Source: Mytilus trossulus
Taxonomy: Eukaryota
Direction of reading: 5' to 3'
DNA length: 64,000 bases
Assembly: GCF_036588685.1 (NCBI RefSeq)
Contig: NC_086380.1
Span: 4,898,001 to 4,962,000 of the forward strand
Shown here: positions 23,545-35,719 of the stretch, one piece after another
Position numbering within the stretch: the stretch's first letter is position 1
Layout of the letters: each line of letters opens with the position of its first letter
Notes under the pieces: generated by a model
What the model saw: the letters and a program-made list of their open reading frames with translations, nothing else
Databases searched by the model: none
What the model was told of the DNA's origin: nothing
Made by a program: the position numbers and the translations under genes

Positions 23545-24629
23545 GTAGTTTTAATGAAACCTTGGTTAGATATTTCGTATTATCTCACTTTTGTTCATGA
23601 TCAACAAAAAACTCGATTGCTTTCCTGTACCCCTGGTATCATCATTGAAAAAAATCGTCTTTAAGTATTTCCAGACATATAAGTGTGGCAGTCATCCTTT
23701 CGGAGCTCAGGATGTTGTATTGAAACTTTTCCAGAAAGCAGCTAAATGTAACTTGTTATATGAACGTAACGTAAATACTGTAAACCAAATTACCCAAAAA
23801 TAAACAGTAAGAAACAGTACTTACGATAATGACGGTGGTACACATAACAAAATATATAACGTACAGCATTTCAGTAAACAAAAGATCAACTAAGTCAGTC
23901 TTCCAATAATCGTATAGATATTAAATAATATATGATTTTGAAAGTGTATTTTTTTGGTCAAATGCTTTAGTCTACTGTTTCTAATACACTTTTTTAAAAA
24001 GGTATTTGATTCGCATGGTTGTTACTGACACAACAAAGGAAACATTACCTGTTAAATATACTGATGATACTGAGATATGCCTCTATTTTTTTTGAAAATT
24101 TGAAAGTGTAATGCAAATGTGCAAAATCAAATAGCATTTTTCTTAAAATGTCCTCTACCCAGTCAGGAAAAAGCCATTGTTATATTATAGTTCGTTTCTT
24201 TGAGTCGTAGTTCTCCTCTTATATTTGATGTGTTTCTCTCAGTTTTAGATTGTAACCCGGATTTGTTTTTATTTCTATGGATTTTTGAATTTAGAAAAGG
24301 GGTATACTACTGTTGTAAATAAAAGATTATACATATATATACTTTTGTTTTAATTTATCGAAAACAATGTAATTTCAAACAATACCATTTTCAAAGATTT
24401 CCCACGTTGTTAAAATGGTATTCTTTACGAATAACTTTATTCGAATGATCAATGAGTTTGTATTGATTTTGTTTAGAATTTCGTGCTTTATAAACAACAT
24501 TGTAGTCAAAATTAGGTTGATATATCCAATTTTTTTATTCATAAGAACTGCATGGGAAACACATTCAAACGTCCGCTAATTGTATTTCTATGCGCGTAAA
24601 TAATAGTACAACTATGTAGTTTTATAACA

Positions 24630-26539
24630 TTATTCACCGATGAAGTATCCCGAAAACACAGACCAATGTCCTCCAAAAACTCCTTGTCCACTGTTTCGCA
24701 CAATTGTCACGTGATCACCCTTCTGTAAAGCTAATACACAGTTAACAGTACCAGCTGAAAAATTTTCTCCTCCGAAGATGTTTAAATGAGCTATATTGTT
24801 CTTCTTCATTGCGCAATGAACAGTCCCTTGCTTCCCACTGGACATTACAGTCGCAGAGAAGTGATATCGTCCATATCTCGGAGCAGTGAAGACACCCGTA
24901 TGTTTATCGTATCCGTTTCCGGTGTTGAACCATACTTTGTCAAATATAATGGTGTCAGCTGGCACTATTGAAGTTGTCAGGGAGGCAGTGAACGATGGGC
25001 TTTCTCGTAGATCTATAAAATAAATTGTTTAATATTGTATATCAGACAATTCATGCTATTGATTTGTAATTTGTTCGTCTTTTTATTTATACTTAAACGT
25101 TATTTGCCACGTTCGATTTATGAATTTCGAACAGCAGTATACTACTGTTGCCTTTATATTTTTAAAAGTAAATGACACATAGATAACCATGCCCTCCTCG
25201 CATTATTACATTTCTATGTTCAGTGAACCGTAAAATTCCGTAATAATACTATTTTAACATGTGTTTAACATACTCAACATGCGTAGTTTCAGATCGATTC
25301 CACCCAATACCACGGACAAAGTGTTTACCTTACCTTAATTAAGAAGTTGTACTCATACGGGGTAACGGATAAAATAAACAGTTTCAATGAGTTAATTGCT
25401 TACTTCATTTAATGTTTAAATTCTTTTTTAAATTTGATGCTCTATGTGAACAAACCCAAAGTTGCGATTCAAGAAAGAAAAATAAATGGAAATTTAAGGA
25501 GGTTCGCTTTCAAATCAACAATCGATAAATATAACTAAAAAAGTAAGGAAAAAATAATAGGTCCTTGTCTCTGCTTTTGATATATAACCCATTGACAATT
25601 TGACGGGAAATGAATCTATTAAGATTGTCATTGAATTTACCATTAGTATCCTTTGTCTTTCAAAAACTATGAAAAAAGTAAAAGGATTTCATGAGATTTT
25701 GAAAAATAGCGTTTTAAACTATATGTTATAAAATTATGAAAAGAAAAGTATGAGTAAGCGTGCACTACATGGATTAAAACAGAAAATGCCAAATATCTGA
25801 CAAAAAAAGCCCCCCCTCCCCCCCCCCCCCCCCCCCGCTTCAAAAAAAAAGAAAAAGAAAAAAAGAACATGGACTGTGAACAATAAAAGAAAATGTTTAA
25901 GGCCTCTTTAACCTTTAAAAAGAAAGAAGAAACACCTTAATATGAAGGTGTCGTGCCTGTAGCAATGCTATAAATATACAAAGTGTAAGAAAAGCACGAT
26001 ACTGTGGATTCATTTAATTTCGTGGGTACCAATTTTCATGGATCGAGGAAAACTTCGACATTTGATTTCGTAGTTTTGTCAAAGTCTCCATATAGAAAAT
26101 TTGTAACCCGTTGAATATTTAAATTCGTTGCCTACCAGTACCAATAGAATCTATGAAAATTGGAATCCCACGAATAAGAGCGAATCCACAGTACATTTCA
26201 TGTCTGTTTTAATCTGATTAAAAAATACTTACCAGTACGAATATTTTCTGTGATAGCATCTGTTATTTGGGGTAAAGCCTCCTTAATGCGTTTGTCGATT
26301 TCTTGTTGGTTGTCAATATCATCTTTCTCGCCTGTGACTCGGTAAACTGTATTGCTAATATAACTTTTAAGCTCCGTGTCTATTTTCGAAAAATCAAGAG
26401 TAGCCACGAGAGGCAGATTTTGTTCACCAATAAGTGGCGCATCAAATGAAAAATTTCCATTCGGCTGGTTTTGTCCAACAGCAGAAGATATCAAAATCAA
26501 CAAAGTAAACAGATTCATGACAAAGTTTGACAGAAACAT
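24630..26539 (-). CDS. Secreted C1q-domain-containing protein 5 (229 aa, most divergent)
   Basis: Exon 1 26539-26233 (signal peptide, PLVATLDF), phase-1 intron, exon 2 25012-24630 (SPSFTAS...FDKVWFNTGNGYDKHTGVFTAPRYGRYHFS...FSGYFI). Confidence 0.92.
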
Positions 26540-27161
26540 TATTTGAATTAAGATTTTTCAAACTAGTCTAAAAATGATTTTCACTTTGATTTGATCACTT
26601 AATAGTCATAATAGTGCAATGTACTGTGGACACAATTAAGTTCCCGCGATCAAAGTTACTTTCAACGACTATTACATAAGAGCTAGTGCCACTTAAAGTT
26701 TAGTTAAAAATATTCAATTTGTATGTGTCAAGTGGGACACTTTTCCGAAAGCCTTTTCAGAAAATGAAATATTTGCCTTAAAGTTACTACTTAATAAATG
26801 GAAAATAAAACAGAACCATGGCATATGAAATCTTTTTACGATGCTAAGGATATTAAGATTTCTCTTTTAATTATATTGGTCACGCTTACGATGAAGCATA
26901 GCGGATCACTTTAGTATTTATTATACTATTTGACCACGGACTATCTATACTAACATAACATATAGTATAGAAAGTCCCTGATTTGACAGCATGCAATTTC
27001 GTTAAAATGAAATTTGGAAGACAAAAACTTTGCGTTTCATATTGGATTCATTTAAGTTATTGCACCAATTCTTGTCTGGAGAAATTTTGAACGTGCTTTC
27101 TACGGAAATATGTTTACCGTGTTTGTTTAATAACTGCAACTTCTTGCAATGCACATAGCAC

Positions 27162-27558
27162 AATAGACCACTTTCGAGTTCGTCCGTCACCGGCAAAAAC
27201 TCGTCAATTATGCACGCCTTTATGACGTCATTTACCAGATAGAGGGGGTCGCCTGTATCCCTGCACTATTTACGTTCAACAAAGGTCTTAGTGATCGTCT
27301 TTGTGCAGGATAAACTAGAAATAATGGTTGCTCTGTAGGTACTTACTGGCAATTCCCTAATGACAGCAGTGTTGATTGTCAATTTTGAGAATTCAATTTG
27401 CCGAATAATTCGTACAATATAGAATTATAGTTTTCCAACCACTCGCTCAACATTGAAGGGAAGTGACGACGCCCCTAAACGCACAAATGATGGTGATAAA
27501 GGCGCGTATAATTGACGAGTTTTTTTCCGGTGACGGATGAACTCGAAAGTGGTCTATT
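27162..27558. mobile_element. MITE with ~60-bp terminal inverted repeats
   Basis: AATAGACCACTTTCGAGTTCGTCCGTCACCGG... / ...CCGGTGACGGATGAACTCGAAAGTGGTCTATT. Confidence 0.85.
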
Positions 27559-27697
27559 ATTTTGTTGTGTTCTGCAAGGCACATGCAGTTGTCGCAACGA
27601 AATGATTTCGATACCTGTGCTAAGTTATTAATGAATTTGAAATTTCAACTCTTGTTTCAATTACTAAAAAAAATACGTTTCTGTTCGGAAATCTGTA

Positions 27698-28295
27698 TAG
27701 GAAAAATTACCCTCGTATCCTGATTTTTCCGTATTGTATCAAGTACAATATAATTTTTCATTAGGGAATTTATTTTATGTTAATCTGTGTTGTAGATCCA
27801 TTGGTGGCCTTTGATTATTTTCTACCCTTAGTCTCTTTGACACATTCCCCATTTTAATCGTATTCATTATTTTGTATTTCCTTTCCAGTTTAACCAACAC
27901 AAAGGCTACTCTTTACACTTTCCCATTTTAATCGTATTCATAATTTTGTATTTTCTTTCCAGATTAACCAATACAATGGCTACTCTTTGACACATACCCC
28001 ATTCTAATCGTAGGAAAAATTACCCTCGTATCCTGATTTTTCCGTATTGTATCAAGTACAATATAATTTTTCATTAGGGAATTTATTTTATGTTAATCTG
28101 TGTTGTAGATCCATTGGTGGCCTTTGATTATTTTTTACTCTTTAGTCTCTTTGACAAATTCCCCATTTTAATCGTATTCATTATTTTGTATTTCCTTTCC
28201 AGTTTAACCAACACAAAGGCTACTCTTTACACTTTCCCATTTTAATCGTATTCATAATTTTGTTTTTTCTTCTCCAGAATAACCAATACAATGGC
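27698..28295. repeat. 313-bp tandem duplication with nested ~74-bp repeats spanning the acceptor and start codon of the LRR gene
   Basis: TAGGAAAAATTACCCTCG at 27698 and 28011. TTCCAG..TAACCAA motif repeated four times. Confidence 0.85.
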
Positions 28296-31200
28296 GATTG
28301 CCGATGTTATGGATGACGTAGATTACAAAACAATCAATTTCAACATAGAGGAAGCAGAATTCAGACACCCGTTATGGCTAACAGAATCACATTTTGTTTA
28401 TAACCTCTATAGAGACGATGAAGGTCATCTGAACTGTCATAGAAATGCTGCAGGCGATCCTATTCTTTCACCTAGGTACGTATAGTTCAATAACAACTAA
28501 TCCTCCAGTATAAACCTATTATAATGCTTTTTTTTTGTAGAACTGGTAATCGGATATACCAATTTAATACAAACATTTTAGTTACTTTTTTAGCTCTTGG
28601 TATTGTGTGGTTTTTTTTTGAAAATCAGAAATAAATTTAATATTAAACCTTGTATGTCAAACCTTATTGACAATGTTTTGATATATTGATAAAAATGGTA
28701 TTGCATACTCCGTATCGTGTGTTCTCTGTCACATTCTATTTATTGTAGCACACTTACAAATATTTGAAATAATTATTATTTAATAATTATTATTTAAATA
28801 TATAAATAAGTAATATTGTTGATTTGTTTTTATTGCAAAAATTTGCCACTGATAAATGCAAGTATTATATACTTTTTTTTTTAATTTCCAGACCATTGGC
28901 AAAAATGTGCATGAATGAGCTAGTCTGTGAAGGGAACCAAATATCAGTATTTGAAACAGACGCTATTCCAGCTGATCTGTATCCAAAATTGCTGGCGGAG
29001 GCCATTTTTCAACGACAATTGCAGACTATTGACTTTTTAGTATCAACATGGCCACACTCCATCCTAGATCTTCAAAGTGTTATGCCAAAGGAAGACCTAG
29101 TGGAAGCTCAACTGCTGACGATACCAATAGAGGGACATGACGGGATAACGTTTTTGGACTGTATAATGTGTGGACTTCTTAGACAAAAGTATTCTTCGAG
29201 ATTGAGAACAGTAAACCTATCTGGATTCAAACAAGGCAAACCATTTTTTTTTATTGAGACCAAACAACAACATATCTTATTTTCATAGTCCTCCTTCGCT
29301 GCTGTTTTTGCTTATTCTCGTGTCTTCCTATTTACCTCCATTCTATCGCGCGTTCTTCTTTCGATCAGCCTCGTTTCGATGAAAGCGGGACAAACGATAC
29401 CAGTTGAAAGTGTCATCCAAACTCTGAAATCAAAAATAAACTAACAACACCATGGCTAAAAAAAGACATACAGACAAACAACCAATAGTACATAAAAAAT
29501 ACATAGAAAAATAATTACTAAGTAAAATTAATCCAATCAAATTCTGGCCAGGGGTCATGTCTCGTGCTCCGGAAGAGAAAACAGTTCCTGCTCCACATGT
29601 TGCACCAGAAAGAAATGTCATATCAAACAAAGGGAGCTAGACTACAACCAGTAGTATTAGACCCACACAAAGCTATTATTCAGACTATTTTTGAAAATCA
29701 AAAATCTACAACCTTATTTAGTATAAAATTTCGTTGCAGATCGCACGCTTTGTCGTGATATCTGCCGTCTTCCATTATTGTGGATGCCACCCGCAGAAAG
29801 AGATACTGAAAAGATTTACGACATTTTATCACAAACTATAGGTAAGTATATCCTACAAATCTTGTTTACTTAAGAATTTTAAAAATAGGTTTTTAGTAAA
29901 TGAAAGAATAACTTAATTTGCATTTGATACACGTATGTTCCTACATTCTGTAGATAGTTGATACTTATATTTTGAATTAAACAATGGTATACTTATGCTG
30001 TTCCAATCCCCCATGCAGAGTTATCGGTCCTTTCTATCTCTCTGCATAGGAGATTGTACGTTTTCGTCCTTTTTATACGTAATAATAGATAGTTAATCAT
30101 TGATACATGATTGATTTAGTTATTATTTGAATAGAACTAGCTTTTAGTAACTGTCTAAATATATCTTTTGCCTTTATGTTAGTTGGTTTGTTTTGTGCTT
30201 TATAACCATATATCGAGTTAAATTGAAAGCAGATGTAGTATGATTGCCCATGAGCTCGAGACAACTCTTCACAAGAGACCAAATGACACATAAATCAAAA
30301 AAATATAGTCCACCGTACGGCCTTCAACAATGCGAAAAGCCCATATCGCACAATTAGCTATAACAGACCCGTGTAAAGGACGAAGCTATTTTTAATAGAC
30401 TTTTTTTTTTAACATACTTACTTACTTTAATGATTTAAATTTTCAATTCGAATCTTTAACTTAGTTATTAGTTTGTACCAACGACTACCAAATAATATAA
30501 GTAGATACTAGGTTGTGATGAACGATTTGTTTATCGTTGAAGACCTTCGAACAACATTAATGTTCAATAATAACAAAAAAATCGGTGTTATTTTCGCTAC
30601 ATCCTACTATTTCAAGAGGTTTTTTGTCTAATGTACACCATGCTTATCTTTTTATTTACTATAAATATCTGACGAAGCAGCTGTCGATTGCGTGAGAAAT
30701 ATTTGATATCATTTAAACACAATTATGTAATCATCATTCTTATCTCATATAGCAGATATTCTTCACAATAATTTCACTTTTTATGTTCTAAGCTGAAGTA
30801 TTGATGGAACTATATAACTCAGATGAAGTTTTGAAACGATTTATCACTCAAGTTTGCATTTTTATTATGCAGTAATTTTAGCCATAATATTTCAGATATA
30901 ACTGAAGAAAAGGTGCAGAAATATCTGAACAGAATAAAGTGCATTTATACAACAATGGACGCTCATGTTCCACATGGACACCAATTTCGTATGTTTTATA
31001 CTTTTATTAATACCACAGTAATAAATAAAAATAAAATTGTGTCAACAGTTCAGTTATGTCATTGTTAAGAACATACACAAAACCATTGTTTAATGACTAT
31101 CTTTATGGCATCTTTTATCTATGCAATGCATGATTTTTTTACTCCAGAAAAGTAAAACGAAGAAAATAATCTATCCAATACCAGACAATCTCACACCATA

Positions 31201-34200
31201 TATTTAACTAAATCTGTTATATAAAACCATTGTCGAATGAATCCATACTCGAGTTACACAACAGACGTACTTGTGCAAGAAATTGCTTACCAATTAGGAG
31301 CACTTATGTTCACCTCATGCTAGGTTAACAATTATACTCCTCTTTATTTTTAGCTTGCCTTTCCGTCTTTTCAAAATTTTGGTTAGTACAGTGTTATTGG
31401 TATGGTTTTTATTTGTATCCTCTAATTTTGGTTAGTGCAGTGTAATTGTTATGGTTTTTATTTGTATCCTCTAATTTTGGTTAGTGCAGTGTAATTGTTA
31501 TGGTTTTTATTTGTATCCTCTCATTTTGGTTCGTGCAGTGTTATGGTTTTTATTTGTATCCTCTCATTTTGGTTAGTGCAGTGTAATTGTTATGGTTTTT
31601 ACTTGTATCCTCTAATTTTGGTGAGTGCAGTGTAATTGTTATTGTTTTTATTTGTATCCTCTAATTTTGGTTAGTGCAGTGTAATTGTTATGGTTTTTAT
31701 TTGTATCCTCTAATTTTGATTAGTGCAGTGTAATTGTTATGGTTTGTATTTGTATCCTATAATTTTGGTTAGTGCAGTGTAATTGTTATGGTTTTATTTT
31801 GTATCTTCTAATTTTGGTTAGTGCAGCGTAATTGTTATGGTTTTTATTTGTATCCTCTAATTTTGGTTAGTGCAGTGTAATTGTTATGGTTTTTATTTGT
31901 ATCCTCTAATTTTGGTTAGTGCAGTGTAATTGTTATGGTTTTTATTTGTATCCTCTAATTTTGGTTAGTGCAGTGTAATTGTTATGGTTTTTATTTGTAT
32001 CCTCTAATTTTGGTTAGTGCAGTGTAATTGGTATGGTTTTTATTTGTATCCTCTAATTTTGGTTAGTGCAGTGTAATTGGTATGGTTTTTATTTCTATCC
32101 TCTAATTTTGGTCAGTGCAGTGTTATTGGTATGGTTTTTATTTCTATCCTCTAATTTTGGTTAGTGCAGTGTAATTGTTATGGTTTTTATTTGTATCCTC
32201 TCATTTTGGTTAGTGCAGTGTAATTGTTATGGTTTTTATTTGTATCCTCTCATTTTGGTTCGTGCAGTGTTATTGTTATGGTTTTTATTTGTATCCTCTC
32301 ATTTTGGTTAGTGCAGTGTAATTGTTATGGTTTTTACTTGTATCCTCTAATTTTGGTTAGTGCAGTGTAATTGTTATTGTTTTTATTTGTATCCTCTAAT
32401 TTTGGTTAGTGCAGTGTAATTGTTATGGTTTTTATTTGTATCCTCTAATTTTGATTAGTGCAGTGTAATTGTTATGGTTTGTATTTGTATCCTATAATTT
32501 TGGTTAGTGCAGTGTAATTGTTATGGTTTTATTTCTAATTTTGGTTAGTGCAGCGTAATTGTTATGGTTTTTATTTGTATCCTCTAATTTTGGTTCGTGC
32601 AGTGTAATTGTTATGGTTTTTATTTGTATCCTCTAATTTTGGAAAGTGCGCAGATTTTGTGATAGACTGAGGTAGATATAAGAAGATGCAGTTTAACGCA
32701 AATGAGACAACACTCCATCCAGGTCACAACCTGTAAAAGCAAACATTTATAGGTCACATTATGATCTTCAACACTGAGCCTTGGCTCACATCGAACAGCA
32801 AGCTATAAAGGGCCTACAAATGACTAGTTAAAAACCATTCAAACGAGAAAACCAACCGAGTCTAATCTATATAAAAAAAAAACGAGAAACACTAATGAAC
32901 CACATTAACAAAGGATAACCTATGAACATTAGGTTCCTGATTTAGAACTAGTATGCTATTGTAAAAAGATACGCATATGCAAAGACATCGATAGGGCAAA
33001 TCAAATGGAGGGTCGTACAGCTAGATCTCCGTAGACATTCATCCCAGTAAATAAAAAATACAACAGCATTGAATTTTCATTTTCAATATGTATTTCAGCA
33101 CCAATCACTATTATATTGGACTGTAAAATGACTTTAGACGATGTTCCTATTGGTTTGGCCTTACAGAATGAGACTCCATTCAGATTTGCTTGTCAGAGGC
33201 TGTGGACAGAACGTATAAGTGACGTCAATCTACCATTAAACTTACTACATAGAGTACTGGAACCGAGGGTAAGTAAAACAACAAGTGACGTCAATCTACC
33301 ATTAAACTTTCTACATAGAGTACTGGAACCGAGGGTAAGTAAAACAACAAGTGACGTCAATCTACCATTAAACTTACTACATAGAGTACTGGAACCGAGG
33401 GTAAGTAAACCAACAATTGGTAAAATATAACCTTATTGACTGCTATAGATCTAATGTGTTATGTAATCAAACTCTCTGTTCATTAAGTCAGTTACAAGTA
33501 TTGATCCTCTGTTATGTGGAATACACCAGTCAAAGGGAGTTAATTAAGATAACTTTCTTTTGTTTTATTTTTCGCACTGAATATATATGATATATTTGAC
33601 ATGCACACGTATAAAAATTGCGGTTTTTATCCAACGCAATCATAGGTTTGAACGTAGTTTTCAATTTAGACTCGTATATATATCATATTGAATATCTGTA
33701 ATTTCATGAGTGATTGTGAGGTTTTTATTAATGCGAGTTATGCAACAGCTGCGTATTGCAATAATGAAATAATATATATAAAACATATATTAGTATAAAT
33801 CTTTACTAAAGTTATAATAAATGATATCAATGTCAAAATTGCAATAAGTAATGTTCGCAACAAATATCTGGAATTTACATTAAAAGATCACCAACACAAA
33901 TACGATAATTGAATGAAAGTACAATATGTAATTTATTCCTCAATATCAGGTCAGTACACCATTTTCCCCGTTACCTTTCCTTTAGAAAATGTCCTCGGTT
34001 GCCACATTGTCGAAGTAGTTTGTCTGCAATCATTAATACCATTTCTACTCTGAGGTTGTGAGTACGAATCCCGATCGTATACTGCTCTGGTGTTAGACTC
34101 CTGTCTTAATTGACTGACAAGTGCTCCTAAGAAACGTCTTTGGTTCTCTCAGGATACTCTGATTGCTATGGTATATTCAAGAGCGACCGAAGGAGTATAT

Positions 34201-35206
34201 ACAACACATCACAAACGAACATACATATAATATAATGCATATTTGTTTGCTTTTAAAAAAAATAATTCAAGTTGGATATTTTCGAATTACTAATATTTAG
34301 TTCCGAGCGCCATGCATAGTTTTTATGCATGAAAAAGTGAAATTGCGCCTTGTAACTTCGGCATTTTGTAACTTTTGGAATTATTAAGTTCGTTCCCTAA
34401 ATATTTATTTTCAAATTCCATATTTATAATATTCAATTACATTTTTCACTAGAATAATTGTTTTTCAGGACCTAACTGAACTTGAAATAGAAGACCGAAA
34501 TCTCTGTACAGATGACGACAACATGGAGATTTTACTTGAAGCATTGTCATTGCTACCGAACATAAAATCACTAAGTCTCCCAAATACCATACACAGTAAC
34601 GAAAACGAGGCAGCAGTGAAAGGACTGAACAAAGTACTGAGAACGATGACCAATCTGAAGAAATTAAACTTTCCTCTTTGTAACTTAAAAGATAATTTAC
34701 GTGACCTTTTGACCGGACTGCAGCAGACAATGACGTTTTTGTCGCTTAGAGACTGTCGTCTGTCCGAAGCAGACGTGTTGTTCCTGCTAGAATGGCCGTT
34801 AACACGAGGTTTGTTTGACCTGAATGTAAGCAGAAACAATCTTCGGAATTCATACCAAAGTATTTTATCTCTTTTAGAAAAACTAGAAGAAATCCGATGT
34901 TTTTCATTGTCTTATTGTTGTTTTAGTCCTGCAGAACTAAGAAACATTGTTGAAGTTGCTTCTAAATGTACAAACATTAAAACTCTTGGAATCCAAAGTT
35001 TCACGCCATTATCAGAAGCCGATAGTCAAATGATTTTGAAAGGATGTTGTTTGTTGACAAACCTGCAGAAATGTCTTATGTTACCAGAATGTCACGCCTT
35101 TTTAGGGAGTAATGATTTAGATAGGTTTGATAACAGAGAAAAATATTTGGAATTTTGTGACAACATACTATCAGATTTAAAACGTGATGATATAGAACTT
35201 GAATAA
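28291..35206 (+). CDS. LRRC14: LRRC14/PRAME-family leucine-rich repeat protein (543 aa)
   Basis: Exons 28291-28475, 28892-29235, 29740-29841, 30896-30988, 33099-33268 and 34469-35206 total 1632 nt in one open frame. Family motifs: SPRPLAKMC, IPADLYPKLLAEA, LVSTWP, LDCIMCGL, RLRTVNLSG, plus C-terminal LRRs (LSLRDCRLSEAD, LNVSRNNL). Orthology to LRRC14 itself is not proven. Confidence 0.85.
31374..32642. repeat. 49-bp minisatellite, ~26 copies (intronic)
   Basis: Unit TTTTGGTTAGTGCAGTGTAATTGTTATGGTTTTTATTTGTATCCTCTAA. Confidence 0.95.
33216..33415 (+). repeat. 66-bp x3 repeat spanning an exon-intron boundary
   Basis: AAGTGACGTCAATC...GGAACCGAGG/GTAAGTAAAACAAC three times, giving donors at 33269, 33335 and 33401. 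Confidence 0.95.
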
Positions 35207-35719
35207 GTGTATATAACAAACAACTTTTATTTATTTTCTTATTTATTCTTTTATGAACCAAAGCTACCTCCTTTTTATTTTTACAAAGTCATCTCTAATT
35301 TGGATTCGGTAAAACAATAAAGGTGTTTCTAACCTTTTATGGTACATTTTTGCTGAAATGCAACAAGTATTAAAATGATAGTACGTCGAAACTGAAAGAA
35401 GTTATTGGAGCATACATGTATCATGGGATAGATGGACATCCCAAATTATGAATTCTGGGCCGTACCTGCAACATGATTGTTAATCGATATCAACAGATAC
35501 TGAATTACGCAAGACATCAGTAATGTGTTGATATGTAACAAATATTGAAAGTGGATGGACACACTTTCCTGAAAAGAAAACGTAAAAAAAATTGTGCTTA
35601 TTCAGCACATATCGAAAAAGGGTGCAAGTTTAGGAAAAATGAGGTGGAAGAATTTACTGTCCAATCCATTCATGTGTGAAATCGTTTGTATTATTCAGAC
35701 ACAATTTTGCTTGGCAAAT

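Noticed and set aside
31374-32642. CRISPR-like array
   Set aside because: Spacerless 49-bp intronic minisatellite.
34449-34839. Minus-strand ORFs overlapping the LRR exon
   Set aside because: Antisense shadows of the real coding exon.
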